A DNA stretch of 63,599 nt, the filler included, from Folioceros fuciformis (lineage: Eukaryota), in NCBI GenBank assembly GCA_049999805.1. It is 15 parts of 15 records of this genome, joined end to end, with 100 filler letters (N's around TTAATTAATTAA, not from the genome) between each part and the next. Parts side by side here need not be neighbours in the genome. Positions count along the whole stretch, not along the records: positions 48,224 to 53,994 come from JBNGIO010000527.1; positions 54,095 to 58,151 come from JBNGIO010000529.1; positions 58,252 to 62,328 come from JBNGIO010000530.1; 12 more parts are not named here. The stretch is one strand, 5' to 3'. The position numbers and the translations under genes were made by a program. Positions 48,605 through 62,139 of the stretch are shown here, one piece after another; positions within the stretch are counted from its first letter, which is position 1, and each line of letters begins with the position of its first letter. The notes below the pieces were generated by a model, which did no database searches, was not told the DNA's origin, and was given only the letters and a program-made list of their open reading frames with translations.

Positions 48605-49409
48605 CCAGGAAAAATCAAGCGAAGCCATCTGCCTATTTCCCTCCAGATCTCTTGGGCAAAGTTGCAATGATAGAACATGTGTTGGCTCTTGTTCGGGGCC
48701 CTAGCGGTGCACAGCCGACACACATCCTCCCTCGTTGCAGCTAAAAGCCCATCCCAACAATCCGCATTAGGCATACATGCTTGAAAGAAATACCAAACCC
48801 TTAACCTGACCTTGGGGGGGATTCCTACGGATTTCCATAGCACCTTGATGGCTTCCCTTTGTCGCCGTCCAGCTAATTGCAATCGGGGAGCCATCAATTG
48901 TCTTTATTTGATTTTCTGCGCTCGCACCAACCGAAGGAACAAGTCCGCCATTGGGAAGTTGAAGAAAGATCGAGGGGGAGCCTTCTTACAACCTGGACGC
49001 CTAGACCACTTGTAGAGATATGGTCTAAAGGTCAGGGCCCAATTCTCTCCTAGTCGGAACCAGCACTAGACCTTTGCTTTATCAAGGATATGTGGCCCAA
49101 TTGGACGTTCGTTAGGGAGGCACCATCGCCTTGCCCGAGCGGACTTAATGAGGACAATGATAGCCCGCAATTCTCCTCCTTGGGCTTCCCCATTGTCCCT
49201 GCCCTGGTGTTACAAAAATCCATCAGGCGACATGACCTTGAAGGACTTCAACGACTTATTGCCCTCCAAACCTGCAAGCCAAACCACCCTATCTAGTTCT
49301 AATGCCTCCACCTGATCATCCTCCTCCTCCGAGTCGACTCCCCTACTATCCATGAACAAAGCATACCACCCTTCACCTCTTATGGTCGGTTGTTGCCTTA
49401 AGAGCTGTT
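48605..49409 (-). mobile_element. LINE ORF2 C-terminal fragment (zf-RVT-type zinc-binding region)
   Basis: LWKSVGIPPKVRLRVW..CRLC..HMFYHCNFAQEIW matches the plant L1 zf-RVT pattern. Confidence 0.8.
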
Positions 49410-50822
49410 CAATGACATGTTCTTCAATGAGAACAAAATGCACACAAAGCCTACTCCAACTGTGGAGGTGCAATGGGTGGTCTTCCAAGAAGATGGACTT
49501 GACCGTCACGGGCAGGTTGAACGTCGTGATGTACAAGAACCTGTTCCTCCACTTGTAGAAGAAGAGAGAGTGCAACAAGCTCCGGCCGAGGCGCCTGTGC
49601 TTCGTAGGTCAGGAAGGATTTCACGTTCTCTTGACAGGTATGTTTCATCTCTTGATTATGTCATGCTAACGGATTGTGGGGAGCCCTCTTGTTACAAAGA
49701 GGCCATGTCAATGACTGACAAGGACAAGTGGGAGAAGGTGATGCAGTCGCCGATAGATTCACTCCGTAAAAACCAAACTTGGGAGTTGGTTCGGTTGCCT
49801 AGGGATAAGAAGGCATTGCCATGCAAATGGGTGTATAAGATGAAGGTCATACCCCATGATGGCAAACCCAAGTACAAGGCACGATTGGTTGCTAAGGGTT
49901 TTAAGCCACAGCAAGATATTGACTTTGATGAAATTTTCTCACCAATTGTCAAAATAACCACTTTGCGATGTGTTCTTGCTCTGGTTGCAAGGAATGACAT
50001 GAAACTTGTCTAGATGGATGTGAAGTCAGTATTTCTACATAGTGATCTCCAAGAAGAGGTATACATGCAGCAACCAAAGGGTTTCATTGAGAAGGGCAAA
50101 GAGAATCTGATGTGTAGGTTAAAGAAAAGCCTTTATGATTTGAAACAGGCACCCAGAGAGTGGTATTACAAGCTCCACTCATTTATGCTTTTTCAAGGCT
50201 ACAAACGTAGTGATGAGGATCATTGCCTCTATACAAAGCAAGCTAAGGATGGAAGCTTGTTCATTTTGGTCTTCTACATGGATGATATGCTACTTGCTGG
50301 GAATAGCAGAGATGAGATTTTAGCATTGAAGTCAAAGTTGAATGCTCGCTTTGACATTATAGACTTGGGAGAGGCCAGCCATATTCTTGGCATGCGTATT
50401 TGTCGAGACAGACATAAGCATTTGCTTTACTTGTCTCAAACAGAATATATTAACAGGGTGCTTCAACGTTTCAACATGAAGAAGGGGAAGGTATTGAGTA
50501 CTTCGTTGCCTCCATATGTGAAACTTTCGAGCAAGGATTGCCCAAGCTCTACGGAGGACAATGCTGAAATGGAGAATGGTCCATAATCATCAGTTGTAGG
50601 GAGTTTGATGTATGCAATGATTGCTACACGTCATGACATTGCTTTTGAAGTGGGAGTAGTTAGCAGGTTTATGTCAAACCCTGGCAAGAAGCGTTGGAAG
50701 GCAGTAAAAGGAGTTATGAGGTATTTAAATGGTACAAAAGCTTTGTGCATATGTTTTGGTAGTGAAGATGCATCTATCGTTGGATATACGGATGCTAATT
50801 ATGTAGAGGATATGGACAAAAG
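49410..50822 (+). mobile_element. Tork-like copia integrase tail, RT and RNase H start (degenerate)
   Basis: CKWVYKMK..YKARLVAKGF, MDVKSVFLH, FYMDDMLL. Same family as 51570-52985. Confidence 0.92.
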
Positions 50823-53800
50823 CGAAGGATCACTCTAGGAGCTACATGGTGAAGGAGAGGAGAGGAGGAGGCAAGGAGGAGGAGAAAGAGAGGTCACACC
50901 CTCACAATAGAGTCACACAATGCAAGGGAGCTCAAGGGGGTATTTATACCCTCTAGAAGAGCTCCCTAGGAAGCTTCACAAGAAGAGCACAGGAAGCTAC
51001 GCAAGAAGCTTCCTACAGATTAGCTTAAGCTAATCTAAACTAATGATACTTAACTAGACACTAATCTTATACTAAACACATTAGTGTAAGCACATTGGGC
51101 TTTAATAACCCTACAACCTCCCCCCTTAAGGGCCAATTTACCTTCATAGGAGAGTGGTCTACCTCATGCCCATGAGTGTCCAAGCTTGTGCAAATTGCTC
51201 TGAAGAGAGACCCTTGATAAGAACATCTACAGGGTTCTGACTGGTGTGAACTTTGACAAGTTGTACCCTCTTGTCTTCCAACACCTCTCGAATGAAGTGA
51301 TACTTCATTCCACATGTTTGGTCTTCGCATGAAACACTGGATTCTTCGCCAATTGGATAGCACTTTGGCTATCACAATGTAACACTGGCAGCTCAACCTT
51401 GATCCCTAAATCTCCCACTAGACGAGCAAGCCACATGGCTTCCTTGCATGCCTCAGTCGCTGCAACATACTCGGCCTGTGTGGTAGATAGCGTTATGCAC
51501 GTTTGCAAATGCGATCGCCATGAGACTGCCCCTCCAGTGCACATGAAGACATAACTTGATGTAGACCTCCTTTTGTCCATATCCCCTGCATAATCAACAT
51601 CCGTATATCCCATGATAGATGCATCTTCACTACCAAAACATATGCACAAAGGTTTTGTACCATTCAAGTACCTCATAACTCCTTTCACTGCCTCCCAATG
51701 CTTCTTGCCAGGATTTGACATAAACTTGCTTACCACTCCTACTGCAAAGGCAATGTCAGGACGTGTAGCATTCATTGCATACAGCAAACTCCCTATAGCT
51801 GATGAGTATGGAACCTTCTCCATTTTAGCTTTGTCCTCCGCAGAGCTTTGGCAATCTTTGCTTGACAGTTTCACATATGGAGGCAACGGAGTACTTAATA
51901 CCTTCCCCTTCTCCATATTGAAACGTTGAAGCACCTTGTTAATGTATTCAGTTTGAGACAAGCACAGCAAATGCTTTTGTCTGTCTCGACGAATACGCAT
52001 GCCAAGACTATGGCTTGCCTCTCCCAAGTCTGTCATGTCAAAGCGACCATTCAACTTTGACTTCAATGCTGAAATCTCATCACTGTTAGTCCCAGCAATT
52101 AGCATATCATCCACATAAAGGACTAGAATGAGCAAGCTTGCATTCTTAGCTTGCTTCGTATAGAGGCAATGATCCTTATTGCTACGCTTGTAGCCTTGAG
52201 AAAGCATAAAGGAGTAGAACTTGAAATACCACTCCCTTGGTGCCTGCTTCAAACCTTAAAGGCTCTTCTTTAACCTGCACACCAGATTCTCTTGGCCCTT
52301 CTCAATGAAACCCTCTGGTTGCTACATGTATACCTCTTCCTAGAGATCACCATGCAGAAATGCTGACTTCACATCCATCTGGACAAGTTCCATGTCCTTC
52401 CTTGCAACCAGACCAAGAACACATCGCAAGGTCGTCATTTTGACAACTGGTGAGAAAATTTCATCAAAGTCAATAATACCTTACTGTTGCTTAAAACCCT
52501 TAGCAACCAATTGTGCCTTGTACTTGGGTTTGCCATAATGGGGTATGTCCTTCATCTTATATGCCCATTTGCATGGCAACGCCTTCTTGCCCTTAGGCAA
52601 CCAAACCAACTCCCAAGTTTGGTTCTTGTGGAGCGAATCTAGGTGCGACTGCATCACCTTCTCCCACTTGTCCTTGTCAGTCACTGACATGGCCTCCTGA
52701 TAACAAGAGGGCTCCCCACAATCCGTCAGCATGACATAATCAAGAGATGCAACATATCTGTCAGGAGGATGTGAGATCCTTCATGACCTACGAAGCATTG
52801 GCGCCTCGACCGGAGCTGGTTGCCCTCTCTGCACTTGTACAAGTGGAGGAACTTGGTCTTGCACATCACGACGTTCAACCCACACGGGACGGTCAAATCC
52901 ATCTTCTTGAAAGACCACCCGTCGCACCTCCACAGTTGGAGTAGGCTTCTTGTGCATCTTGGTCTCATTGAAGAACACGTCATTGCTGCGAACCATCCTC
53001 TTGGCTTCTGGATCCCATAGACGATATCCCATCTCACCAAATTCACCATAGCCAAGAAAAATATATTTCTTGGACTTGGGTGCCAACTAGTCCCGAAACT
53101 CTTTCAGAACATGGTAGTATGCCTCGCAGCCAAACACGCGTAGATGCTTGCATGACGGCTTCTTTCCAGACCACATCTCCTCGGGAACCTGTTCATTCAC
53201 AGCCCTATTACGAGATCTGTTAATAAGATGTACTGCCGTAACTACTACTTCTACCCAAAATCCGTTAGGCAATCCAGAGTTTGACAACAAACTACGCATC
53301 CTCTCCTGGATGGTCCTGTTCATCCATTCAGCCACACCATTCTAGGGAGGAGTATACGGCGCAGTCAATTCTCTCTTGATTCCCTTGGAATCGCAGAATG
53401 ATTGTAAAGCCTTCGAGACATACTCTCCCCCATTGTCTATCCTTAGACACTTCAGTCGGAGGCCAAACTGATTCTCCACAAGGGCGATGAATTTCTGAAA
53501 CACTATCAGAACATCATTCTTTTTCCTCAAAGAATAAACCCACACCTTGCGTGAGAAGTCATCAATGAAAGTAACAAAATAAGATGCACCGCCTAACGAT
53601 ACAATGGGCATAGGTCCACAAACGTCACTGTGAACCAACTCAAGAGGTTTACTTTTGTGTTTACCTCTTGCTCCATGTAGTGACTTCGTCTGTTTCCCAT
53701 ACAGACAGTGCTCACACACAGAGAAATCGAAGAAGTCAAAAGCAGGGACATAACCAAAACGAGATAGTATCTTCATTCCTTTTTTAGACATATGTCCTAA

Positions 53801-53994
53801 GCGACTATGCCACAAGGAAACACTTGGCTGTTCTGTTACACAAATCACATGATCCTTGACAATGGTTACCTGAAGTGAGTACAAAGTGCCACACTTTGTT
53901 CCATGAGCTAACACAAGAGAACCTTTGGAGATCTTCCAAGAACGATCTCCAAACCAACAGTGGTAGCCAGCGTCATCCAACTGCCCTGCGCTAA
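50823..53994 (-). mobile_element. Tork-like copia 3' half: integrase-RT-RNase H, PPT (51116-51129), 3' LTR (50823-51115)
   Basis: VHSDVCGP, FIDDFSRK, LRIDNGGEY, LVLYVDD, CDSQSAIQLAKNPVFHAKTKH. AAGGGGGGAGGT then TGTAGGG. Confidence 0.95.
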
Positions 53995-54094
53995 NNNNNN
54001 NNNNNNNNNNNNNNNNNNNNNNNNNNNNNNNNNNNNNNTTAATTAATTAANNNNNNNNNNNNNNNNNNNNNNNNNNNNNNNNNNNNNNNNNNNN

Positions 54095-54250
54095 GGGAGA
54101 TATCCAAGAGGGGAGTGTGTTCCCTTCTTCCTTTTGTTTGGGGTTAGTCTAGTGACTCTTGCCGGGTAGGAGGAGTCAGTAGGGAAGTGTAGAAGGTAGT
54201 GGTGTCGTTGCTGGTTGCTGGTAGTTGCTGGTGTTGGTGCTGGAGTGAGT
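54095..54250 (+). mobile_element. Internal fragment of TGTGAACC-family LTR
   Basis: Matches 22086-22230. Confidence 0.8.
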
Positions 54251-54849
54251 ATCGCTCAATCACCTAAGACTTTACATGGAATCCGATAACACGTGAATTA
54301 TGTGATACCCGCCATATTAAGAGGTTTTGTCATGTATTTGATTGCAATGACACCCACAAATTTGCTAGTACTTTGGAAACAATTCATGATTAAGTTTATA
54401 CTCAACACTCTTTTATGCCACATTTCGGGTTCTCCTGACAAGAACACGGGAAAATGCGGATATCCGACACGAGTTTTCAATGCCAAAACCTTGCGAAGCC
54501 CGAAATGGCGGAATACGTCCGTCTGGGTTAGACCCTGTTAGACAAGACATACGAGCTACATATGTGAAGATGTTTAAAGCATGTAGGTAGTTGTTCTCTG
54601 TAACAGCTGGATGACGACATTAGGTCTAGTTTAGATTTATTAACATGACCTAATCGTGCATGTTAGAGGTTAGCCTGGAACTTGTAAGCAACAACCAATG
54701 CCCTGATCTTAGGCTTGTGGACAATCACCAATTGATACAAGTCATTGGACTCAAACTAAAACACATACTGCTGTGTTTTAGTTTAACCAAGTCGTTGAAG
54801 TTAATGGTGGCTTGTCTACTAGCAGCTACAGCAGCATATGAGTCCCTTA

Positions 54850-56865
54850 GAGATGCATTGTGGCTGGACACAAACGTCTGATATGAGGCAGGGAGGCTGG
54901 CAATGAGCTATGCAGTCATGTCCACCTCCGAGATCTTACTGTTGAGCCCAGCCAAATGCGCTCTAAGATAAGGCAGCTTAGACATATGTGCTCCCATAGA
55001 TTCTCCATCCTTTAGACGCAATGCATGGAAAGCATTCCAAGCAGCTACGAGAGTAAGTATGTTCTGTACTTCGTATGTGTCGACCAGCTGTTCCATGCTG
55101 CTACTGCTGTTGTAAGAAACTCCACCTCAGTAATGGTGGTTTCATCAAGCCCTGATAGAAGGATCGCAAAGGCGATCTTATTGCCCTTCTTCCACTTGTC
55201 TATGCCATCCTGTGTAGGTTGTTGTCCACCAACAAGAACAATGGAAGGATCCAGGAGAGAACCATCAGCATACTCCCACACGTCGCGAGTGTTGAGATGT
55301 GCCTTCATGCGAGCTCTCTAGCTTTCAAACTGGACCTCTGTCCCGTCAAATCTGCCCTTTTCCTTGAACTCACCTGCGTAAGTTGAGCCCATAGATGTTG
55401 TAACAGGAGGAGATGTATTCATGGTGATTGAGGAGATGGGCAGGGGTAGAGGCGGATTCGAAAACAGCCAAGAGAGTGGCTCTGAATCTGAATCGAACGT
55501 GGACATGGACATAAACTACAGGTAAAATATATGTCCTGAATTTACATGTAAATTATGCTAACAGTGGTCATACATGGACTTCAACTAGGAAGAGAAGTAC
55601 ACGAGAAGAGGAACAAGGCTATCTTAACACAGAGTCCCAGCCAACTCACTACAGGTAAGAATAAATGTAGACGTCTAGGTTTAAATGTGAAACGCCACCT
55701 TAAACCCTAAAAACCAGAAACTAACAGGTGCCACTGACCTAGGTTATTGGCGTGAGTGACACGAGGAGATGCGAGATTAAGCGGTAGATTGGTCCAACCA
55801 AGCAAGAGTATTTAGAGCTAGCAGCCACCCCAACGGGCGCCTTGATTAGGGGTGCCAATTGATAGCAGGGCTATAGGCTTGCACACCTCTTGCCTTAATT
55901 GAGTTCTGCCGTTTCAAATCTGCATCTTTTGCCTCACTATGTGCCTATACCACAGACTTCTCTCATATGGACAAGTGTCTCCAAATACAGCGCCGCTGAT
56001 GGCTGAACTCCAGAGATTGGGGCTGGGCAATATTGTACTGATAGATTATACATATTATTCGCCACTGAAAGCACTTCTCTGCAAATAGATTTAATGTCAG
56101 AAGAGATTTCCACCAAGAAAGGTGAAGTGTTTGCGACAAATTGCACCAACACCGATTCCAGTACTTCCAGGCGAATCAGTATTTTGTCAATTGAACGTGG
56201 ATTGGTGGAGAGATAAGGGGGTTTCCTCTATAAATATCTCCACCCCTCTTGTAGGAGGTGAACGCTCCACGTCTTCACCATCTCTTTCTCGAGAACATGC
56301 TAGGATTCGCTGCCTATGAGCTTAAACTATGTCCTCATAATAATTAGGATTAACCAAAGCTTGTTCAGTGAAGAATCTGCGCCTACTAGCCCTTAGTTTA
56401 TCTCAGTTAAAAATCCAACCTTTAGAGATCAGATCATTATGGCATTGTAAGATGTATTGATCCCTAGACGACCTAGAAGGAGCTGACGATGGTGGTGTAT
56501 TTCTATCACATCGTCTACCGTTCCTTCTAGTCATCTTTCTAAGGAAAAATAGCTAGAATTCATCTAGCTAGAATGATGATTTCTAGATCAAGTATTGAAA
56601 ACAACAACCCAACCTAGATGCCATAAGACTAATCATCATTAGTATAGCGGAAGACTCAAGCATCTTAATGCTCTAATACCATGTTTACCTTATATCATGC
56701 ATTTAGCTAAAACACTTAAGCTAGAAAACATAACACAAAGAGAGAGTATTCTTTAATGAAGAAAGAAGCTCTTATATACAAAACTTGAGATGTCTCTTGA
56801 GTTAAACATCTAACCCCTAGTCTATGAACTAAGGTATAAACTATGTTAGGGTTTCATTCCTAACA
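54850..56865 (-). mobile_element. Ty1/copia 5' portion: LTR 56682-56865, PBS 56670-56681, 1.15-kb leader, decayed gag
   Basis: TGGTATTAGAGC PBS. KGRFDGTEVQFES*RARMKAHLNTRDVWEYADG..LRLKDGESMGAH. Confidence 0.8.
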
Positions 56866-57361
56866 TGATAAGGAGTTGAGATAATGGGCGCTCACATGTC
56901 CAGCTCGACAATGCCAAAGAAGGGAATTTGATTTGGATAGAGACCTAATGGATGACTTTTGGGCATCTACCAGCAAGGAAGTTGACTAAATATTTAGAAG
57001 ATAGAGGTCATTGTATTGGAGACCATGAGCGAGAATAGTTTTAGAGGGATCGCTAAATCTGTGGACGAGACAATGGTTACCCTAGAAGGTGATGACCAGG
57101 TTTTGCTTTGTTGCCAATTTCCGTACTGATAGTAAGTTCTTTGTCATGCTGGGGACATGCAGAACACCATTGATGAGGAGGCTTTCGCCGTTTGATAATT
57201 GCTATGGCCAGGGCGCTATCGTCTCCTAGAAGAACGTGTTGATGTGCAGGCGAATCATTGTAAGACTTGAAAGCTTCCTTGTTGCTGCAGATGTATGTCG
57301 TTGCACCAAAGTCCAGGAATCATCTGTTCACTTCTGTCCTGGTGAGTGCTAGGCATACAGC
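56866..57361 (-). mobile_element. Copia protease remnant
   Basis: FLDFGATTYICSNKEAF..VLLGDD..VPSMTRTY. Confidence 0.7.
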
Positions 57362-58151
57362 TATAGGGTTAATAAAGCCCAATGTGCTTAGAATAATGTG
57401 TTTAGTCTAAGATTAGTGTCTAGTTAAGTACCATTAGTGTTGATTAGCTTAAGCTAATCTATAGGAAGCTTCTTGCGCAGCTTCCTGTGCGCTTCTTGCG
57501 AAGCTTCCTAGGGCGCTCTTCTAGAGGGTATAAATACCCCCTTGAGCTCCCTTGCATATTGAGACTCATTGTGAGAGTGTGACCTCTCTCTTTCTCCTCT
57601 CCTCCTTGCCTCCTCCTTCACCATGTAGCTCCTGTAGCGGTCCTACAAGTGGTATCAGAGCTGGTGTGGAGCAAGATTGGTGATGGCTACACGTGCTACA
57701 GACAAAGTGTCTGTGAGGACAACATTCGACATCTGGAGGTCTGTGTGTAGCATCTGGAGGTGCAAGGGGCTCTAGCTCGTCGGAGTGGGAGCCAAGCCGC
57801 AGGAAGCGGTCGCCATGGAGGGTTGCGGGCACAGGAGATCGCCCGCATGTGAGCACAAAAGAGCACCGTGAGCGAAGGCGCTAGGCCCGGCCACCGGATT
57901 GCGGCCAGGCCGTGCGGGCACAATCTGCCCGCAGGGCGCCAGGCAGGCGCTGGCAGGGTGCCCAGCCTGTTGGGCGACATGACTCAGCCACGGGGCCTAG
58001 GGCCCGGCCCGTCCGGGGCTCCAGGCAGGGCGCACGTGCAAGGCACACGGCCGCAGGGCGCCCCGGATGCCTAGACCGCCATGGGGGCACCAGCCAGGGC
58101 ACCTGGGCCGTCCGGGGGGACGCTGGCCAGGGCACCCGGGCCGTCCGGGGG
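57362..58151 (+). mobile_element. Tork-like 5' LTR (57362-57647), PBS (57650-57661) and GC-rich leader
   Basis: Matches 18895-19200; TGGTATCAGAGC. Confidence 0.92.
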
Positions 58152-58251
58152 NNNNNNNNNNNNNNNNNNNNNNNNNNNNNNNNNNNNNNNNNNNNTTAAT
58201 TAATTAANNNNNNNNNNNNNNNNNNNNNNNNNNNNNNNNNNNNNNNNNNNN

Positions 58252-61200
58252 AGAATGCGATATCAGGTCTTGTCCAATCTGATATGAAGATGAGGCAATC
58301 GACAGCGTGCCTATAGGGAATCTTCTCCATATCAGCAATCTCCTCTGGAGTGGAAGCACATTGATCAGATGTTAACTTAACACCGACTGAACCAGGGGTG
58401 GACACAAGCCTGGCTTCATCAAGCTGAAAACGCTTCAAAATCTCAGATAAGTATTTCTTTTGATGAATGACTATGAGGCCTTTTTCTCTGTTCCTTAATA
58501 CTTGAACACCCAGGCAGAATTTAAGTGCTCCCACATCTTTCATTTCAAATTTATCCCTTAAAAGGTCTTTAACCTTATTCAAGATATGGGTATCTGTACA
58601 GGCAAAGATGCAGTCATCTACATACACTGCAAGAATGCAAAAGGCCGAGCCGTCGACGAGATAATATACAGATGAGTCTGCTGAACTTTGTGTAAAACCT
58701 AGAGCTTTGAGTTCAGCGTCAAGTTTCTCATTCCACAGCATGGCACTTTGCTTAAGCCCATACAGGGCTTTGAGTAGCCTCAGTACCTTGTTAGGAAAAC
58801 GTTTATCCACATAACCCTGGGGCTGCTCCATGTAAATTTCCTCCTTAATCTCCCCATGTAGAAAAGCAGTACACACATCCATTTGATGCAATTCCAAGTT
58901 CAGTTCCGCAGATATGGCTAACAGCATCCTAATAGATTGTGCTCGTACGACAGGGGAAAAAGTTTCCTGGTAATCCAGGCCAGGAACTTGAGAAAATCCA
59001 CGAGCGCAGAGCCTGGCCTTATAACGGGCAATCTCACCTTCAGCATTAAGTTTGGTCTTGAAGACCCATTTACAAGTGACAGCCTTCCTACCAGGTGGCA
59101 AGTCTGTAAGTTCCCATGTTTTATTTTTAAGGATAGACTGGTATTCCTCCTCTACTGCAGCTTGCCACTTATCAGCATCAGGACCAGCATAGGCTTCATC
59201 CATGGAAACAGGATCCAGCAAAATGGGAGTGCTGCCATGAATGGCAGCATGAGTAGAAGGCCGGAAGTCATAAGAAGCATAAGGAGGTTCTGACCATTGG
59301 GCACGAGGTAGGCGGGCACGAGGAGGATTGCGTCTAGGAACGACAACAACAGGAAGATCCTCCTCTTGATCTGGTGTGTCTGGATCAGGGTAGGGTAGAT
59401 CAGCAGGTTCAGGGAAAGGGTCTGCGATAGGGTCCTGAACTGCATCAGGAAGGTCAGGAACATGCACATCCAGAGGATCAACAGGGGGAACTTGCTGTGG
59501 AGCTGGTACAGGAAATGCAGGATTAGCAGCAGGGGAATTAGCTGCTGCTGGAGGTAGAACATGTTGTTGAGGGGCAGGAATACCCTGGGGAAACTGAGCA
59601 GGTTGAATGTCATAACCTGTCAGGTCAACAAAAGTATCCTCATCATCGGATGAGTCAGAATCGGACTTTGCATGAACTCCTGATTTGGCTGGAGACCCAG
59701 GGGCAACAATCTCCTTAAAAACAACACTCCGGGCTAAGACTGGGGCGTAGGTGAGGGGGTCTATCAATTTGTATGCTTTGGCCTCTTCACTATAGCCTAT
59801 AAAAAGCAAGGCTTTGGACCTATCATCAAGTTTCTGACGTTTGGCTTGTGGGATGTAGGCGTAAGCGGGAGACCCAAAAACTCTGAGGTGCATGATACTA
59901 GGTTTGCGACCCCAAAACAACTCAAAAGGAGTCTTGCCTTGTAAAGAAGTTGTGATCAGTCGATTAAGGATATAAGTCGAAGTGACCACTGCCTCAGCCC
60001 AATACTCAGCAGGTAAATTAGACCAACTCAACATACTTCTTGTCATACCCATAAGTATCTGATTTTTACGCTCCGCCACGCCGTTCTGCTGTGGTGTGTA
60101 AGGTACAGTGAGTTGGCGTATGATACCGCGTTCCTGAAGATATTGGTCAAAGAGACTGTTGCAAAATTCTGTTCCATTGTCTGAACGGATACACTTGAGA
60201 AAATTTCCAGACTGCCTCTGTGCCATGGGTAACCACTCCTGAAAATAGCCAAAAGTATCACTTTTCTTGGCCATTGGGTAGGTCCAGGTGTAACGACTAT
60301 AGTCGTCAGTGATGGTCAGATAATATGAAGAACCACCTATGGACTTAGTCTGCAGCTTTCCAGAGATATCAGTATGAACCAGATCCAGGACTGCAAAGGT
60401 GCGAAAACCAGAGTGTGGAAAAGGCTTCTCCCTTTGCTTGGCGAGAAGGCAAGCTTCGCATACAGGTAACTCCTTAAAACAGGATGGCAATGGTTCTTCA
60501 TAACAGCTTTCAGTTGACATTTTAATTAACATATTTTTGTTGACATGTCTGAGTCTGGCATGCCACAATCTGGCTTGTTCTGATGCAGGCAAATAGGCTG
60601 GTGTGGTTGCAGTAGCCACAGGGCTGGTGGTAGGAACCTCACATAGAACGTCCAGTCGATAAAGCTTTGAGTCCGGGACTCCGCGGCCAATACATTGTGC
60701 AGTAGAAGCACGTCTGAATATCTCACAAGTGTTGCCAGAGAATCGAAGTTCAAGATTGAAATGCATGGCGAGAAGTCTCACAGAAAGTAAATTCTTTGCC
60801 ATTCCAGGTACGTACAGAATTCCTGGAACATTCAGGACTGAATTATCAGACATTACAAAACGGCATGTATCGTAGCCTTTGATGGGTAGGCTGGTTGACT
60901 TCTGTTCGTCCCCAAGTAGTACACACTGTGTCGAATGTGAAATGTCCTTGTAGCTGGTGAATAAGCTTTTGTCTTTGCAGATGTGTGCAGTCGCGCCAGA
61001 GTCCAAAAATCAACTGCCAGGATCACTTGAGGAAGAGGAAAGGCAGATGGTGTAAATCTTGACCACAGCTTTACCTCCTTCAGGCGAAGATCTTTCCTTG
61101 GCAACAGAATTAACTTCTGGCTTGGGACGACGAGGCTCGCCAGCCTTCTTACGGCGGCAGTCTCTCTCCCAATGTCCCGGTGTATTGCACCAATTGCAGC

Positions 61201-62139
61201 TACCAGGCTTTTTAGTATTTGAGGAAGATCCAGCAGCGGAGGTTTGGCTGATGTGTCGACCTCTACCGCCTCTGCCTCTCCCCCTCCCAAAACCTCCACG
61301 CTGGGTGGAGGTGAAGAGGACCCTGTCTGTCCGTATCTTGCTAGAACCACCTTGAGTATTTCGAAGGCGGCTCTGTTCCTCCTGAAAAAGGGCTGCAATA
61401 ACTTGCTCCAATGTGATGCCTGCCGGTTGGCCCGCTGTGACGTTCTGACCAGCAACAGCTAAAGGCCCATTCTGAAGTGAAACGAATGTTTGGTATGATG
61501 CAGGCAAAGTGAGAAGAAATCGCGCGACGGCGTCCTCCTCCGACATGGTTGAGTTCAACTGAGCAAGGCGGGAGCGAAGGTAACGAAATCTACTTGTGTG
61601 GGCGGCCACACTGTCACCCTCCCGCATCGTCAAAGTATAAAACTCATGCATTGCTGCAGATTTCGAAAGCACTGTTTTAGCAGCGTATGTACCAATAAGC
61701 TGATCCCATATGTCCTTGGCATTGGTCAGGGATTCAACATCTGGAATAAGGACTTCATCAAGTCCATAGATGAGAATAGCAACTGCTACACTGTTCACTT
61801 CATGCCATTTGTCAATGTCATCCTGAGTTACTTGAGCAGTTCCAGTAGGCGCTACTTAGTTCCAGCAGCAGGAAGGACAAGTAAGGGGTAAGAACCATCA
61901 ACAACCTTCCAGACACCTCTAGCCCTTAAGGTAGTTTCCATACGTACACGCCAGATTTCAAATTTGGTGCCATTAAATCTGTCCCTATCTTTAACCTCTG
62001 CTGTGAAAGATGGAGCTAGCTTAGTTGCCATAACTACAGGACGTGGGATGATCACAGGTGGAGGATTACAACCTTGACCACGACTGCGAAGAAGATAAGG
62101 GGACAGAGGGAAGGAAAGGAGGTGGTCTCTAGTTGACAT
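58252..62139 (-). mobile_element. Nearly intact Ty1/copia gag-pol (gag, zinc knuckle, protease, integrase, RT)
   Basis: RFNGTKFEIWRVRM, CNWCNTPGHWERDC, DSGATAHIC, IRSDNGTEF, PQQNGVAER, QMDVCTAFLHG, LAVYVDD. One frameshift near 61850 and a TGA at 61010-61012 at the protease Trp position. Confidence 0.95.

Noticed and set aside
61007-61015. Programmed stop read-through between gag and pol
   Set aside because: The TGA sits at the conserved Trp before (F)LDSGA; a TGG>TGA mutation is simpler, and the element also has a frameshift.
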